NCBI GenBank assembly: GCA_048939765.1
Contig: JBHLPF010000005.1
Coordinates: forward strand, 22,375-86,374
Length of the DNA: 64,000 bases
Source: Promethearchaeota archaeon
GTDB taxonomy: Archaea > Asgardarchaeota > Thorarchaeia > Thorarchaeales > Thorarchaeaceae
Direction: 5' to 3'
The notes below the pieces were generated by a model, which saw only the letters and a list, made by a program, of their open reading frames with translations, was not told the origin of the DNA and searched no databases. Numbering within the stretch: the first letter of the stretch is position 1; the number at the start of each line of letters is the position of its first letter. Below are positions 18,463 to 27,798 of this stretch, one piece after another. A program made the translations under genes and the position numbers.

Positions 18463-19257
18463 ATGGATGAAAAGTGGGCATGCCGGGTGGTCAGAGGCAA
18501 GAAGATTCTTGTCGAGAAGACAGTCCATGAATTGGATTTGGATTCCTTTGTGGGAGTGATCTATGGTCACATAAGACTTGAAGGCCTCAGCAGACATGCA
18601 GTGGCTCAATGCGCTGGCCGACTGATGCAGTTCTCCCGGAAGTATCAGACTGCTGGAGTATGTCCGAACTACGAGCTTTCAGACCTTGTATATGATGACG
18701 GCAGCTCGCCCACAGCTCCTTCTGAGGGAGAATCTGAGGTTCAGGCCGAGGCTTCTACAAGTATCGATGATATCTCTTTGACTGGCGTCGGTGCCATTCC
18801 CAAGCTCGAGTCCCTGAACGGCAACGAGCTCTGGAAGCACGCAATCCATTCCTATGGTGCAATGCTATCTGAAATGGCAGCATATGGTGGAAATCTTCCT
18901 TCTGGCCATCTTGATGTCATGTTCGAGAATGTAGCAAATGAATTGGTCAGAATATGGAGTGCATCTGGTGAAGGAGTTGATGTCCTTTCGAGTTTTGGAA
19001 ACATGATTCTCAGTTGCTCAAAAGAAGCGCAGCTCCCTGCAGCTCCAGTGCACAGGATGAAGATAGAAACAGGACGTTGTGAGCTTCTGGCAATGGCCAG
19101 GCAGATTGATCCCGATGGGAAGAAACTTCCAGCGGGCTATCCATGTGCATTCCATGAAAAGGTCGCAGAGAAGGTTAGCAAACTTATCGGAGCCAAAATC
19201 GAAGTCAATACCTCCTCAACTGGGTGCATTGTTCAAATCACTCTAGACCTAGGCTAG
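18463..19257 (+). CDS. Two-domain hypothetical protein; C-terminal V4R-like Cys-containing domain
   Basis: GGAG RBS before ATG 18463; acidic linker; RCEL..PCAFH..GCIVQI. Confidence 0.55.
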   Translation: MDEKWACRVVRGKKILVEKTVHELDLDSFVGVIYGHIRLEGLSRHAVAQCAGRLMQFSRKYQTAGVCPNYELSDLVYDDGSSPTAPSEGESEVQAEASTSIDDISLTGVGAIPKLESLNGNELWKHAIHSYGAMLSEMAAYGGNLPSGHLDVMFENVANELVRIWSASGEGVDVLSSFGNMILSCSKEAQLPAAPVHRMKIETGRCELLAMARQIDPDGKKLPAGYPCAFHEKVAEKVSKLIGAKIEVNTSSTGCIVQITLDLG

Positions 19258-19348
19258 AATATCGCCGACAGCCTTAAATCGCTCCTCCCGCCTGAGGTAG
19301 AATTAGACGAGACCGCGTGGTAAGAGTCTCGATTAGGAGCTAACTCAA

Positions 19349-19630
19349 TTGGCTTATCTTACATGGCGTTCATATGTCCGTTCAGGGCCGGTATGTCTTG
19401 GAGCACTCCTGGTTATAGCAGGGGCAATTATCGCACTACTCCCATCTATTGACGCACAATACGCTTTCTTCGGTGAAATGACAGTGCTCATTGGTGCAGG
19501 TGTTGCAGTGCTAGGGCTTATCTTTATCCTGGTCGGATTCTTCTTCACAAAGAAGAAGCGCGATTCAGTTTTGGCACCAGTGGATACTAAGGTCGACGAC
19601 ACACCACCTCCACCACCGCCGATGGATTGA
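19349..19630 (+). CDS. Small 2-TM membrane protein with poly-proline C-terminus
   Basis: AGGAG RBS, TTG start, two hydrophobic helices, KKKR, ends TPPPPPPMD. Confidence 0.7.
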   Translation: MAYLTWRSYVRSGPVCLGALLVIAGAIIALLPSIDAQYAFFGEMTVLIGAGVAVLGLIFILVGFFFTKKKRDSVLAPVDTKVDDTPPPPPPMD

Positions 19631-19659
19631 ATCGAATTCATCGAACCACTCTATAATCT

Positions 19660-19725
19660 GGGTCTGTGGGCCGTCACTGGTCCATAGCCCCATTTTGTCT
19701 CTTTTTCATTTCATCTTTATTTTTT
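19660..19725 (+). terminator. Hairpin plus long T-rich tract
   Basis: GGGTCTGTGGGCC..GGTCCATAGCCC followed by TTTTGTCTCTTTTT..TTTATTTTTT. Confidence 0.55.
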
Positions 19726-19800
19726 AGTTCACCTCCATCCAGCAAATCCCTATATGTAACCGAGCCAGTCTGAGTTTAGAATTGACAAAGGTAGGGAACT

Positions 19801-20091
19801 ATGACATTCCTAGAATACAGAGACAACCAGTTTCATGAGTGTTCAGGCACGCCATCTTCTGAGATCACATTGAAGGTTGACGATGCCCAAAAGAAATTGA
19901 TACTCACCGTTCCTGGTGGTGTGGGAATGATTGCGAAGCGTTCAGCAGAACGCGGAGCGCGATCAATTCAGAAGTCAGGCTTTCAGACTGCTAGGAAAGG
20001 CCGCATTGGGGCTGGCTACGAGCTTGTCATTGAGGGTCATGGTGGGTCTCTGCCTGATAGGCTGAAACACTCTCCGAGAGAAGTATACTAG
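19801..20091 (+). CDS. Small protein, probable degenerate gelsolin-like domain
   Basis: ITLKVDDAQKKLIL..GVGMIAKRSAERGARSI aligns by eye to VVCVVDDETKSIYL..QAGIRRKFIGARVATNL of the 24563 gelsolin. Confidence 0.55.
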   Translation: MTFLEYRDNQFHECSGTPSSEITLKVDDAQKKLILTVPGGVGMIAKRSAERGARSIQKSGFQTARKGRIGAGYELVIEGHGGSLPDRLKHSPREVY

Positions 20092-20162
20092 AGCATGACT
20101 AATAGCTATGACGTACTTGACTGAGAACCAATGGTTCAGAGGGAGCTGGAGGTCGAGGAACC

Positions 20163-21941
20163 GTGTCAGATGAAGATGTAAGACGTATGATTGAGGAAGC
20201 AACAAAGGAGTCTCTAAGACAGTCCTTTACTGAAGCTGGACGGAAATTCATTGAGGCCGCTGAAACCTCAGAGCGAAGAGGTGACTACGAGGGGGCAGAT
20301 AAGCTATATCGTCAGGCCGCTGATGCCTATGAAAAAGCTGCGGACAAATATAGAACTGGCAAGGGATTCAAGAATTCCGCCCTGAATATGTGTGCTGCTG
20401 GGGATGTCTATTCAGAGCTGGGAGAGTCGCAGAAAGCTGTTGATTCCTATGGCCATGCCGCAGAGGATCTATTTGCAGCAGCAGGAGAACACCTACTCTG
20501 GGGCGAAGACGCAGAAACCGCCAAGGGTACCGCCCTTGCAATGGCAGCCTGCATGCTCCTTCTAATGATTGGAAGGGAGGCTGATTCTTTCTATCGAGCC
20601 CGTACATTCTCAGCTGAAAATGCCTCGAAGCTTAGATTCCCTGCTATCGTGCGTCTAAGTCAAATCCCCCAGATGATTGAAACCTCGATTCAAGCGATGG
20701 ACCTTGAGGGTTTTGCGACTGCAGAAACCGCTGCTGTGACAGAGTTGAAAGCAGCCCTGGCCAACGCCAATGCTCAGGAGTTCACCAAGTATGTGGATAA
20801 AGGACTGGATATGGTCAGAGAGATTCTTAGGGGCAAGCTCAAGGTTCCTAGGCTTGTTCCCCAGTTGGCCCTGCCAAATGACATGACATTTTCAGAGGAA
20901 TTCCCAATTCGTGTCTTAATCCAAAATGCAGGTGATGGTGAAGCTACAAACCTGAACCTAGAATGGCATATCGATGAAGATCTTGTAGTCATGTCCGGTG
21001 AACAGAAGAAATCGATTCCAATGCTTCCACCTGGTGAATCCCTTGACATAGCTGTTGTTGTGAAGGCGAAAGAAGGCATAATGGGTGTAAAGGAATACAC
21101 CATCATGATGAAGGGTGTCTATAGCGACAAGCTGAAGACTGAATACTCACTTCAAGCGGGGCCCGGAACGCTGGTACTCAAAGACTTCAAAGAAACAGAG
21201 AAACTTCAGCAAGCTCTTGATGTCACAGACACTCGATTAGGACTTCTTGCTTCCACAATTGAGGACTCGCCATTTGAAAAGGAAGTATTGCATGGCGTTG
21301 TTTCATCCATTAGCAACTCAGCAAAGCAGGCACGCACCTACCTCGAAGAAGGAGATATCCCCTCTGCTCGTGGCTGCGTTCACGTAGTAAACCAGATGGT
21401 TGACAGGATTGATGCAATCCTTGGTGATGAAGAGCTTATCACAAGAGTTTCTGAAGCCAAGGAGGCTAGGAAACGATCCTATGCTAAAGTAATGCTTCAA
21501 TCAGCCAAGGAAGAGATTGATTCTACACTAAAAGGTAAGCAAGCTAAGATTGAGGCAGCCTCTCTTGAAGCCAAGGTTGAGTGGGGCAACGAAGCTGAAT
21601 CCAAGAAAGGGCTAGCTGCGTTAATTTCTGGTGCACGCGATAAGGCATCCGATCTGATGGGCGACCTGGAGGTTCTGAAAAGCGAACTGCCCTCCGCTGC
21701 TGATTCAGTAGATCCAACTGAAGGTGCTTTGAGAACCAAACATCGTGCCATGGTAGAAACTGCAGCTAGTAGACTATCTGGGATACGAGCCGAGCTTGAA
21801 CGTATATCGAGTGACAGAGTACTTTCAGTGGGCGTAGCGCCGGACACTCCGGAGAAAGTGGCGCTGGCGAAGAAGCTAGTAGACGAGCTGATCTCCGACA
21901 TTGGTGCAATAATTGAATCAAAGAAGACAGAAACTGGGTAG
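20163..21941 (+). CDS. TPR/SNAP-like N-terminus + Ig-like (CARDB-like) domain + coiled-coil C-terminus
   Basis: AGRKFIEAAE..ADKLYRQAADAYEKAA..AVDSYGHAA helical repeats; IQNAGDGEATNL..LPPGESLDI beta-sandwich; no signal peptide. Confidence 0.65.
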   Translation: MSDEDVRRMIEEATKESLRQSFTEAGRKFIEAAETSERRGDYEGADKLYRQAADAYEKAADKYRTGKGFKNSALNMCAAGDVYSELGESQKAVDSYGHAAEDLFAAAGEHLLWGEDAETAKGTALAMAACMLLLMIGREADSFYRARTFSAENASKLRFPAIVRLSQIPQMIETSIQAMDLEGFATAETAAVTELKAALANANAQEFTKYVDKGLDMVREILRGKLKVPRLVPQLALPNDMTFSEEFPIRVLIQNAGDGEATNLNLEWHIDEDLVVMSGEQKKSIPMLPPGESLDIAVVVKAKEGIMGVKEYTIMMKGVYSDKLKTEYSLQAGPGTLVLKDFKETEKLQQALDVTDTRLGLLASTIEDSPFEKEVLHGVVSSISNSAKQARTYLEEGDIPSARGCVHVVNQMVDRIDAILGDEELITRVSEAKEARKRSYAKVMLQSAKEEIDSTLKGKQAKIEAASLEAKVEWGNEAESKKGLAALISGARDKASDLMGDLEVLKSELPSAADSVDPTEGALRTKHRAMVETAASRLSGIRAELERISSDRVLSVGVAPDTPEKVALAKKLVDELISDIGAIIESKKTETG

Positions 21942-21951
21942 ATATCTCTGG

Positions 21952-23157
21952 TCACATTCTTCTCTTGTCCATGAATTGTTCTAGCCTGTTCATTGCCTCC
22001 TCTATCATATCAGGTGGAGGAAGGAATACGCTCCTGAAATGTGCGGAGCCATATATCGGATCAAAGCCAGAACCGGGGACAAACACGACGCCTGTGTTTT
22101 TGAGAACATCGAGCACAAACTCCGTGTCATTTGCCCATCGGCCCATCAGCTCAATCCTCGGCATGATGTAGAATGCGGCTTGAGGCAACCGTGTTGAAAT
22201 TGAATCAATCTCATTCAGCCTTTTCCATATCAGATCTCTTCTCCCTCTCAATCTAGCTATTACGTCTTTCAGATGACTGCCATCACTTCTGAGGGCGGCT
22301 GCAGTGGCTAGTTGTGCCGGGGCATTTGAGCAGATTCTGACTCTGGCTTGCCTTACCATCGCATCGCGAAGCGGCTCGAGTTCTCCATCTTGGTCATGAT
22401 AGTACACATACCCCACTCTCCACCCGGGAGCGAGGTAGACCTTGCTGACACCATTAAAGCCCATGACTGGATTCTCTCCTGCTGCATTGGCCATTGGAGT
22501 CTGATCCTTGTCGAAGGTGAGTTGGTCGTAGATCTCGTCGGCGATAAGTGGAAGTCCGTATTCTCCTGCTATTCCCGCTATATCCTTGAGTGTCTTCTCA
22601 TCATAGACTGCTCCTGTTGGATTATTCGGATTGATGACGAGGATTCCTACGGTCCTCTCATTGATTTTCTTCCTAAGGTCATCGGTATCTGGAGCCCAGT
22701 CTTCATCCTCTATTGTACGATATGTCTTTGGAACTCCACCAAAGAAGCTGACATAACCGATATACGGCGGATATGAGGGACCCGGAACCAGAAGCTCGGA
22801 CCCATCATTCACGAGTGCTCCCGCTAGAAACTGGATTGCCTCTGAAACCCCAGTCGTGGCAATGATTCGAGCAGGATCAACATCGATTCCGTTAACTCGC
22901 TTTTCCTTCTCAGCTGCTGCTTCCTTAAGTTCATCAAGCCCTTCTGACGGAGAGTAACCATTAACGCCATCACGTGTAGCCTTACACATGGCATCAACCA
23001 TGAAATCAGGCGTCTTCCAGTCATACTTGATTGGATCGCCGATGTTGAGATAGAGTGGGGGTTCTCCACTCTCTTTCTCATACTGCCTGGCAGCCACTAC
23101 CACATCTCTAATGGCATATTTCAGGTTTGCAGCTCTGGATGTGATTCTCAATTTCAA
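21952..23157 (-). CDS. Class I/II PLP aminotransferase (alanine aminotransferase-like)
   Basis: LNIGDP, INPNNPTG, ADEIY, SKVYLAPGWRVG, VPGSGF. Confidence 0.93.
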   Translation of the reverse strand: MKLRITSRAANLKYAIRDVVVAARQYEKESGEPPLYLNIGDPIKYDWKTPDFMVDAMCKATRDGVNGYSPSEGLDELKEAAAEKEKRVNGIDVDPARIIATTGVSEAIQFLAGALVNDGSELLVPGPSYPPYIGYVSFFGGVPKTYRTIEDEDWAPDTDDLRKKINERTVGILVINPNNPTGAVYDEKTLKDIAGIAGEYGLPLIADEIYDQLTFDKDQTPMANAAGENPVMGFNGVSKVYLAPGWRVGYVYYHDQDGELEPLRDAMVRQARVRICSNAPAQLATAAALRSDGSHLKDVIARLRGRRDLIWKRLNEIDSISTRLPQAAFYIMPRIELMGRWANDTEFVLDVLKNTGVVFVPGSGFDPIYGSAHFRSVFLPPPDMIEEAMNRLEQFMDKRRM

Positions 23158-23166
23158 ATGAATCCA

Positions 23167-23186
23167 CTCGAGTCTGTCGACTCGAG
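23167..23186. promoter_or_regulatory. Perfect 8-4-8 palindrome upstream of the aminotransferase (candidate operator)
   Basis: CTCGAGTC-TGTC-GACTCGAG, between a TATA-like element near 23195-23201 and the start at 23157. Confidence 0.4.
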
Positions 23187-23222
23187 GCCTCCGTATATTA
23201 TTTCCGATGCTTCTAGTAAGGG

Positions 23223-24041
23223 CTAGGACCTTCTCCTCATAATGATGACAATTACCACTAAAGCAACAAGAGCTCCTCCACCAATCACTGCAATCATGAC
23301 GACGTCAATCGGCGGCGGGGGGGGTATAATCTCGTCATCAACCACAATATTGTCAATCGCAGGACCTCCTTGACTATAGATCTTGAAGCATTCAGGGGTG
23401 TCGTAGGAAGTATCTACCGCTGACATTCGAAGCACGCCATTGAGATAGACTTCGAATTGTCCAGAGGAGTTCCTCGTGATGTCGATATGGTGCCAACCTA
23501 TCATTTCAGGTGGCCTATATCGATCCAATGTGGTGATAGACCCTGTCCCTGGAGTGCGCCGGTACAAGACAAACTCGTCGCTCCAATCATAAAAACTACC
23601 TGTGAATGGTATTATCCCATACTCATACGGTACTGAACTCAGCCAATCTGGCCAATCAATACTGTCATTGTCCCAATAGCCACTGAAGAATGATACATAG
23701 AAATGATGCCTGTATTGATCTTGCACATCAAGATCAAAGCTCCACGTGCCTGTACCCTGAGTGTAATTGTACATTGCAATAGTCCAATGATTATTTCCTC
23801 CTAGGAATCGTAGCATGCCTTCGGACACAGAATAGTTGGCAGGGAGAGGAAATCCATCTTCATAATGCATTCCCCAAAACTCCCAACCGGATATATCATT
23901 GAAGTCTTCTGACCACACAACGTCACTAGGCGAGTAGCTCTTCTGTATACTAGGAGTGTTATTATGAGGACTGATAGCCAAGACCGTGATCAGCAAACAT
24001 GAAATGAGGAGCATCACAGTAGCTAATCTTCTCATTTCCAA
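23223..24041 (-). CDS. Secreted, C-terminally anchored ConA/LamG-like beta-sandwich protein
   Basis: Signal peptide, WSEDFND, GTWSFD, WHHIDITR..FEVYLNG, IDNIVV, PPPPP stalk, TM, RRR. Confidence 0.7.
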   Translation of the reverse strand: MEMRRLATVMLLISCLLITVLAISPHNNTPSIQKSYSPSDVVWSEDFNDISGWEFWGMHYEDGFPLPANYSVSEGMLRFLGGNNHWTIAMYNYTQGTGTWSFDLDVQDQYRHHFYVSFFSGYWDNDSIDWPDWLSSVPYEYGIIPFTGSFYDWSDEFVLYRRTPGTGSITTLDRYRPPEMIGWHHIDITRNSSGQFEVYLNGVLRMSAVDTSYDTPECFKIYSQGGPAIDNIVVDDEIIPPPPPIDVVMIAVIGGGALVALVVIVIIMRRRS

Positions 24042-24146
24042 TTCAATCTCTCCTCCATTCAGCTTTCCTTAGCTGAATGTCGGAAAGATATGCTCTAGCT
24101 TTAACAAAAATCTGCCGGTTTGAATCGAGGGTGAATCCGCTCTATG

Positions 24147-24542
24147 TCACGTCGAGAGCAAGTCGCCAACTTCTTTGGCATACTTCCTCATCTGAGTTGT
24201 AGCCAGACCCATGGATGTCAAGTCCTTGGCAGCACCCATGAGTAGAAACTCTCCGGCTTGCGAGAGAACTGCAAATCCCTTCGCTCCTCTGACCGTCACC
24301 TCGAAGAGGTCCCCCAAGTCCAGTTTCTCAGGGGATGCAGCCATTTCTCCTGTCATCAATAATGCGGCGCTTACAGCTGCCATGAGGTCCGGATCTGCTT
24401 CAGATTCTTCTGTGGCGAAGTACGCCAATTTGACACCTTGTTTGCTGACCACTGCAATTGCGTCAAGGTCTGCATAGTTAGTCAATCCCATCAGGAGTTC
24501 TACCAATTCTCTCTCTTTTTCTGGGTCGAGATGTTGCGACAT
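24147..24542 (-). CDS. Roadblock/LC7 protein
   Basis: AIAVVSKQG..DLMAAVSAALL..LDLGDL.EVTVRGAKG..MGLA. Confidence 0.88.
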   Translation of the reverse strand: MSQHLDPEKERELVELLMGLTNYADLDAIAVVSKQGVKLAYFATEESEADPDLMAAVSAALLMTGEMAASPEKLDLGDLFEVTVRGAKGFAVLSQAGEFLLMGAAKDLTSMGLATTQMRKYAKEVGDLLST

Positions 24543-24562
24543 TGTATTTTGCTCCCTATTGA

Positions 24563-25486
24563 TTATTTTGCGACAAGCTTCTTCTTCTTTTTAGCGGTCT
24601 TGGCCTTTTCATCCTCGTCTGGTAAGACGGGTGTTTCCGTTTCGGAACGGAAGAATGTGATGAGGTCTCCCAGGCGCTCCCTCATCTCCTGTTTGATCGG
24701 GCTCAGGATGGCTTCGGGGGTGCCTTTCAGCAGTTCGATACCTAGGACCTTTCCCTCTTTCACAATGACACGAGGTATAAATCCCTCCGCCATAAAGGTA
24801 CCTTCCGGAGGATCTTTGACCTTCTCGAATTTCCTCTCAACTTTCTCTTGACCGAAGACTGCTACTTTGTGTTCTGCAACTGTAAACAACTCGTTATACA
24901 CTATTAGCAATTCTCTCTGATAGCCTTCGGGAGGATCCGTTTTCTGTAGCTCCTCAATCATTGCGCTGATTTCACCTGAAATTGGAGCCGATGGCCTAGG
25001 AGCTGCCCTTGGAACTGCAGCTGGTGTTGATGGCGCTGCAGTGGTGGCAGGCGGCTTTGGAGGTGGTACAGTCGACTTTGGTGCCGGCTTTGGAGGTGGT
25101 ACAGATGCGGTCCTCGGTGTTGGCGCTTCTGCGGCAGGTGCCTTTGGTTTGGGCGTTGGTGGAGCTGTAGGTGGAGCCTTCTCCCCTGGCTTAAGGACAC
25201 GGGTTGCAGCAGTGGTCCCGTCCAAGGCGGTGAAGAATGTGGGTGGCTCTTCTCCTTCATCAACCGCCCTTACCTTGAAATGGAAACCATATTCAGTTCT
25301 AAGATTGGTCGCTACTCTTGCACCAATGAACTTCCTTCTGATTCCTGCTTGAGTGCCTTTCCAAAGGTAAATAGACTTGGTTTCGTCATCAACTACACAG
25401 ACTACCATTTGAGAATCCAAGTCTGCTTTGGAGATCTCAACCTCGTTGAGAGTTCCATCCTCCATCACCTCATAACCTACGACCAT
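24563..25486 (-). CDS. Asgard gelsolin-X (1DGelX-type) protein with Pro-rich linker
   Basis: Gelsolin domain (LDS..VVDDE..IYLWKG..KFIGAR..VDEGEEPPTF), about 70-aa P/A/T linker, second domain PPEGYQRELLI..PEG..RVIV..VLGIELL. Confidence 0.85.
   Translation of the reverse strand: MVVGYEVMEDGTLNEVEISKADLDSQMVVCVVDDETKSIYLWKGTQAGIRRKFIGARVATNLRTEYGFHFKVRAVDEGEEPPTFFTALDGTTAATRVLKPGEKAPPTAPPTPKPKAPAAEAPTPRTASVPPPKPAPKSTVPPPKPPATTAAPSTPAAVPRAAPRPSAPISGEISAMIEELQKTDPPEGYQRELLIVYNELFTVAEHKVAVFGQEKVERKFEKVKDPPEGTFMAEGFIPRVIVKEGKVLGIELLKGTPEAILSPIKQEMRERLGDLITFFRSETETPVLPDEDEKAKTAKKKKKLVAK
25052..25104. repeat. 20-bp direct repeat encoding VPPPKP twice
   Basis: CGGCTTTGGAGGTGGTACAG at 25052-25071 and 25085-25104. 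Confidence 0.85.
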
Positions 25487-25700
25487 GATTATTCACTAAC
25501 TTGCAGTTTTTGTCTTCTTGCTCCTATGCACCCAAATTGGGCAACTGAAGACTAGTTGAGATATGGTCATCTCTGTGGACAGCTGGATATCTCTGTTTGG
25601 GATATAAGATTGTTATTGTGGTGGATGTTTCGTGTGTAAATCCCAAAACTGAGGGTGGTCAACAAGCCTTATGTAGAAGGGGAGCTAACAGCCTTAGTCG

Positions 25701-26732
25701 GTGCCAATGACTGAACAGTCGGCTGAAGCATTCTACGCTGAACAATTTGGTAAGAGCAAGGATCTCACGGTGAGAGAGCTCATCTTGGGTTTCATCTTGT
25801 CAACGCTGATAATGATAGGGTCAACATGGGGACTAATTTACGTCTATGATGTTCTAACGCCATTCGATATCTCACCTTCGAATCTAGGTCTATACACATT
25901 GGCAATGCTGGTCGGGTCTCTTGTTGCCACGATTATTGGAGCTGCAATATGTTTCATTATTCTGAGGTTTCCACGTGCAGGAACACTATTGCTTAGAGTC
26001 CATCGGTTCTTCAAGCGTGGAACAGGCGAGTATTTCCTATGGCCTGAGCCAAAGAATCAGAGTTTGAGGCTTGCCTTTCGACGGTCATTGTACGGGTCGA
26101 TTCTAATTGTGGGCATTGGCATGACAGTGGTCAGTTTTGAACTGATGGGTGTCGCACAGACTGCAGATCTTGCTGCTTTTGGTCTTTGGGTCGTCATAAT
26201 CTCAGCTGCCATTCTCCCGATAACGGTCATGGTACTATATTATGGTCCGTGGCTCATCAAGGATGCAGGGCTCTTTCACCTGGATCTTGTAGACCGTTCG
26301 CTGAGTAATGTAGGTGATGACCTAGAAGACATACTCGAGTTCTTTGCGGGGGCAGACCTCTTTCTGGTTTGGATTGAGCTGACTTTGACTGCTGGGTTTG
26401 AACAGCCATGGTTCTCCATTTTCGTCATAATGGTCGCTGTGGGTCCACTACTCTCTATAGTGTTCAATTTCACCCTTGTATTCATGTATGTAAAGACCCG
26501 GGCAACCTTGCAGACAATTGATCTTATCGTTACCCGACTTGATCCTCCTGATATGTTTGATTCATCAGACGCAATTCGACAAAAGGTTCTAGCACTAATT
26601 GATCGGGACATTCTTGCATCATTAGAGCATGAGCAGGCTGAACAAGAGAACTCAGACGTTACCAAATCAGACGCTCTTCAGACTGAGTCAGACGATATTC
26701 CTGTCCCAATTGACGAAGATGGTTATGAATAG
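25701..26732 (+). CDS. Polytopic membrane protein of unknown function
   Basis: About 6 hydrophobic segments and an acidic tail. Confidence 0.7.
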   Translation: MPMTEQSAEAFYAEQFGKSKDLTVRELILGFILSTLIMIGSTWGLIYVYDVLTPFDISPSNLGLYTLAMLVGSLVATIIGAAICFIILRFPRAGTLLLRVHRFFKRGTGEYFLWPEPKNQSLRLAFRRSLYGSILIVGIGMTVVSFELMGVAQTADLAAFGLWVVIISAAILPITVMVLYYGPWLIKDAGLFHLDLVDRSLSNVGDDLEDILEFFAGADLFLVWIELTLTAGFEQPWFSIFVIMVAVGPLLSIVFNFTLVFMYVKTRATLQTIDLIVTRLDPPDMFDSSDAIRQKVLALIDRDILASLEHEQAEQENSDVTKSDALQTESDDIPVPIDEDGYE

Positions 26733-26739
26733 GCACTGA

Positions 26740-27798
26740 CTATCCAATCAGCGTCACTCCGCCATCTACAAAGCTAAAGCCAACCTCAGGTTCCTTCATT
26801 GAACGGAGCTTTCTCGCAAGTGATTCATCTGGGACCGATGCCACTAGTATCTGGCCTTTGAAATCTAACGTGATTCTAAAGATGCCAATCCTAGGAACTA
26901 CCGAGAGGACAATTGCGGTAGGAACGCCTCTCTCGGGATGTACATGTAGGGAAATATCTTCAGGCTTGACGGTGAATTTCACTTGTTCCCCCAATTTCGC
27001 AACGCCTTTCACTGTAAATTGAGCACCGTTTGTATCTATGATGATGCCTCTCTCATTCTCCTGTATCACTTCTCCGGTGAGAACATTTCCGCTACCCAAA
27101 AACTTGGCAACAAACTCGTTAGCAGGCCTTTCGTATAGCTCCTCCGGCCTACCCACTTGGTTGACTACTCCATCACTTAGAATTGCAACACGGTCAGAGA
27201 TTGCAAATGCCTCATCTTGACTATGTGTGACATAGATGGTTGTAATCCTCAGTTCATTCTGTATTCTCCGGATTTCCGTCTGGAGCCGTTCTCTTAATTG
27301 CGGGTCCAAGGCAGAAAGCGGTTCATCAAGAAGCAAGAGATTGGGCCTCTTTGCAAGAGCCCTAGCTAGTGCAATCCTTTGTGCCTCGCCCCCGCTGATC
27401 TCATTACTCCGCCTCATCAGGAGGCCTCGAATACTGAGTAGGTCCGCCAGAGATTCCACACGTTCAACCGTTTCTTCCCGGCTCCATCCTGCCATCTCAA
27501 GTGCAAATGCTATATTCTGATAGACATTCATGTTTGGAAATAAGGCCACAGATTGAAACACCATTCCGATGTTCCTATCTCTCGGAGGAGCGAATGTCAC
27601 ATCTTGACCATCGAACAGAAGTCTGCCTGCCTGTGGCCTAAAGAAACCTGCAATCATTCTGAGTGTAGTTGTCTTTCCCGATCCACTTGGCCCTAGAAGG
27701 GTCATCAGCTCGCCGTCATTGACTGCTAGATCGATAGGACCAATGCTTGTCCCATCAATGAATCTTCGCATGAGTCCATCCAATTCGACATTGACCAT
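26740..27798 (-). CDS. thiQ: ABC ATP-binding subunit, thiamine transporter
   Basis: GPSGSGKT, ISGGEAQR, LLLDEP, H-loop, TOBE-like tail; last gene of the operon. Confidence 0.85.
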   Translation of the reverse strand: MVNVELDGLMRRFIDGTSIGPIDLAVNDGELMTLLGPSGSGKTTTLRMIAGFFRPQAGRLLFDGQDVTFAPPRDRNIGMVFQSVALFPNMNVYQNIAFALEMAGWSREETVERVESLADLLSIRGLLMRRSNEISGGEAQRIALARALAKRPNLLLLDEPLSALDPQLRERLQTEIRRIQNELRITTIYVTHSQDEAFAISDRVAILSDGVVNQVGRPEELYERPANEFVAKFLGSGNVLTGEVIQENERGIIIDTNGAQFTVKGVAKLGEQVKFTVKPEDISLHVHPERGVPTAIVLSVVPRIGIFRITLDFKGQILVASVPDESLARKLRSMKEPEVGFSFVDGGVTLIG

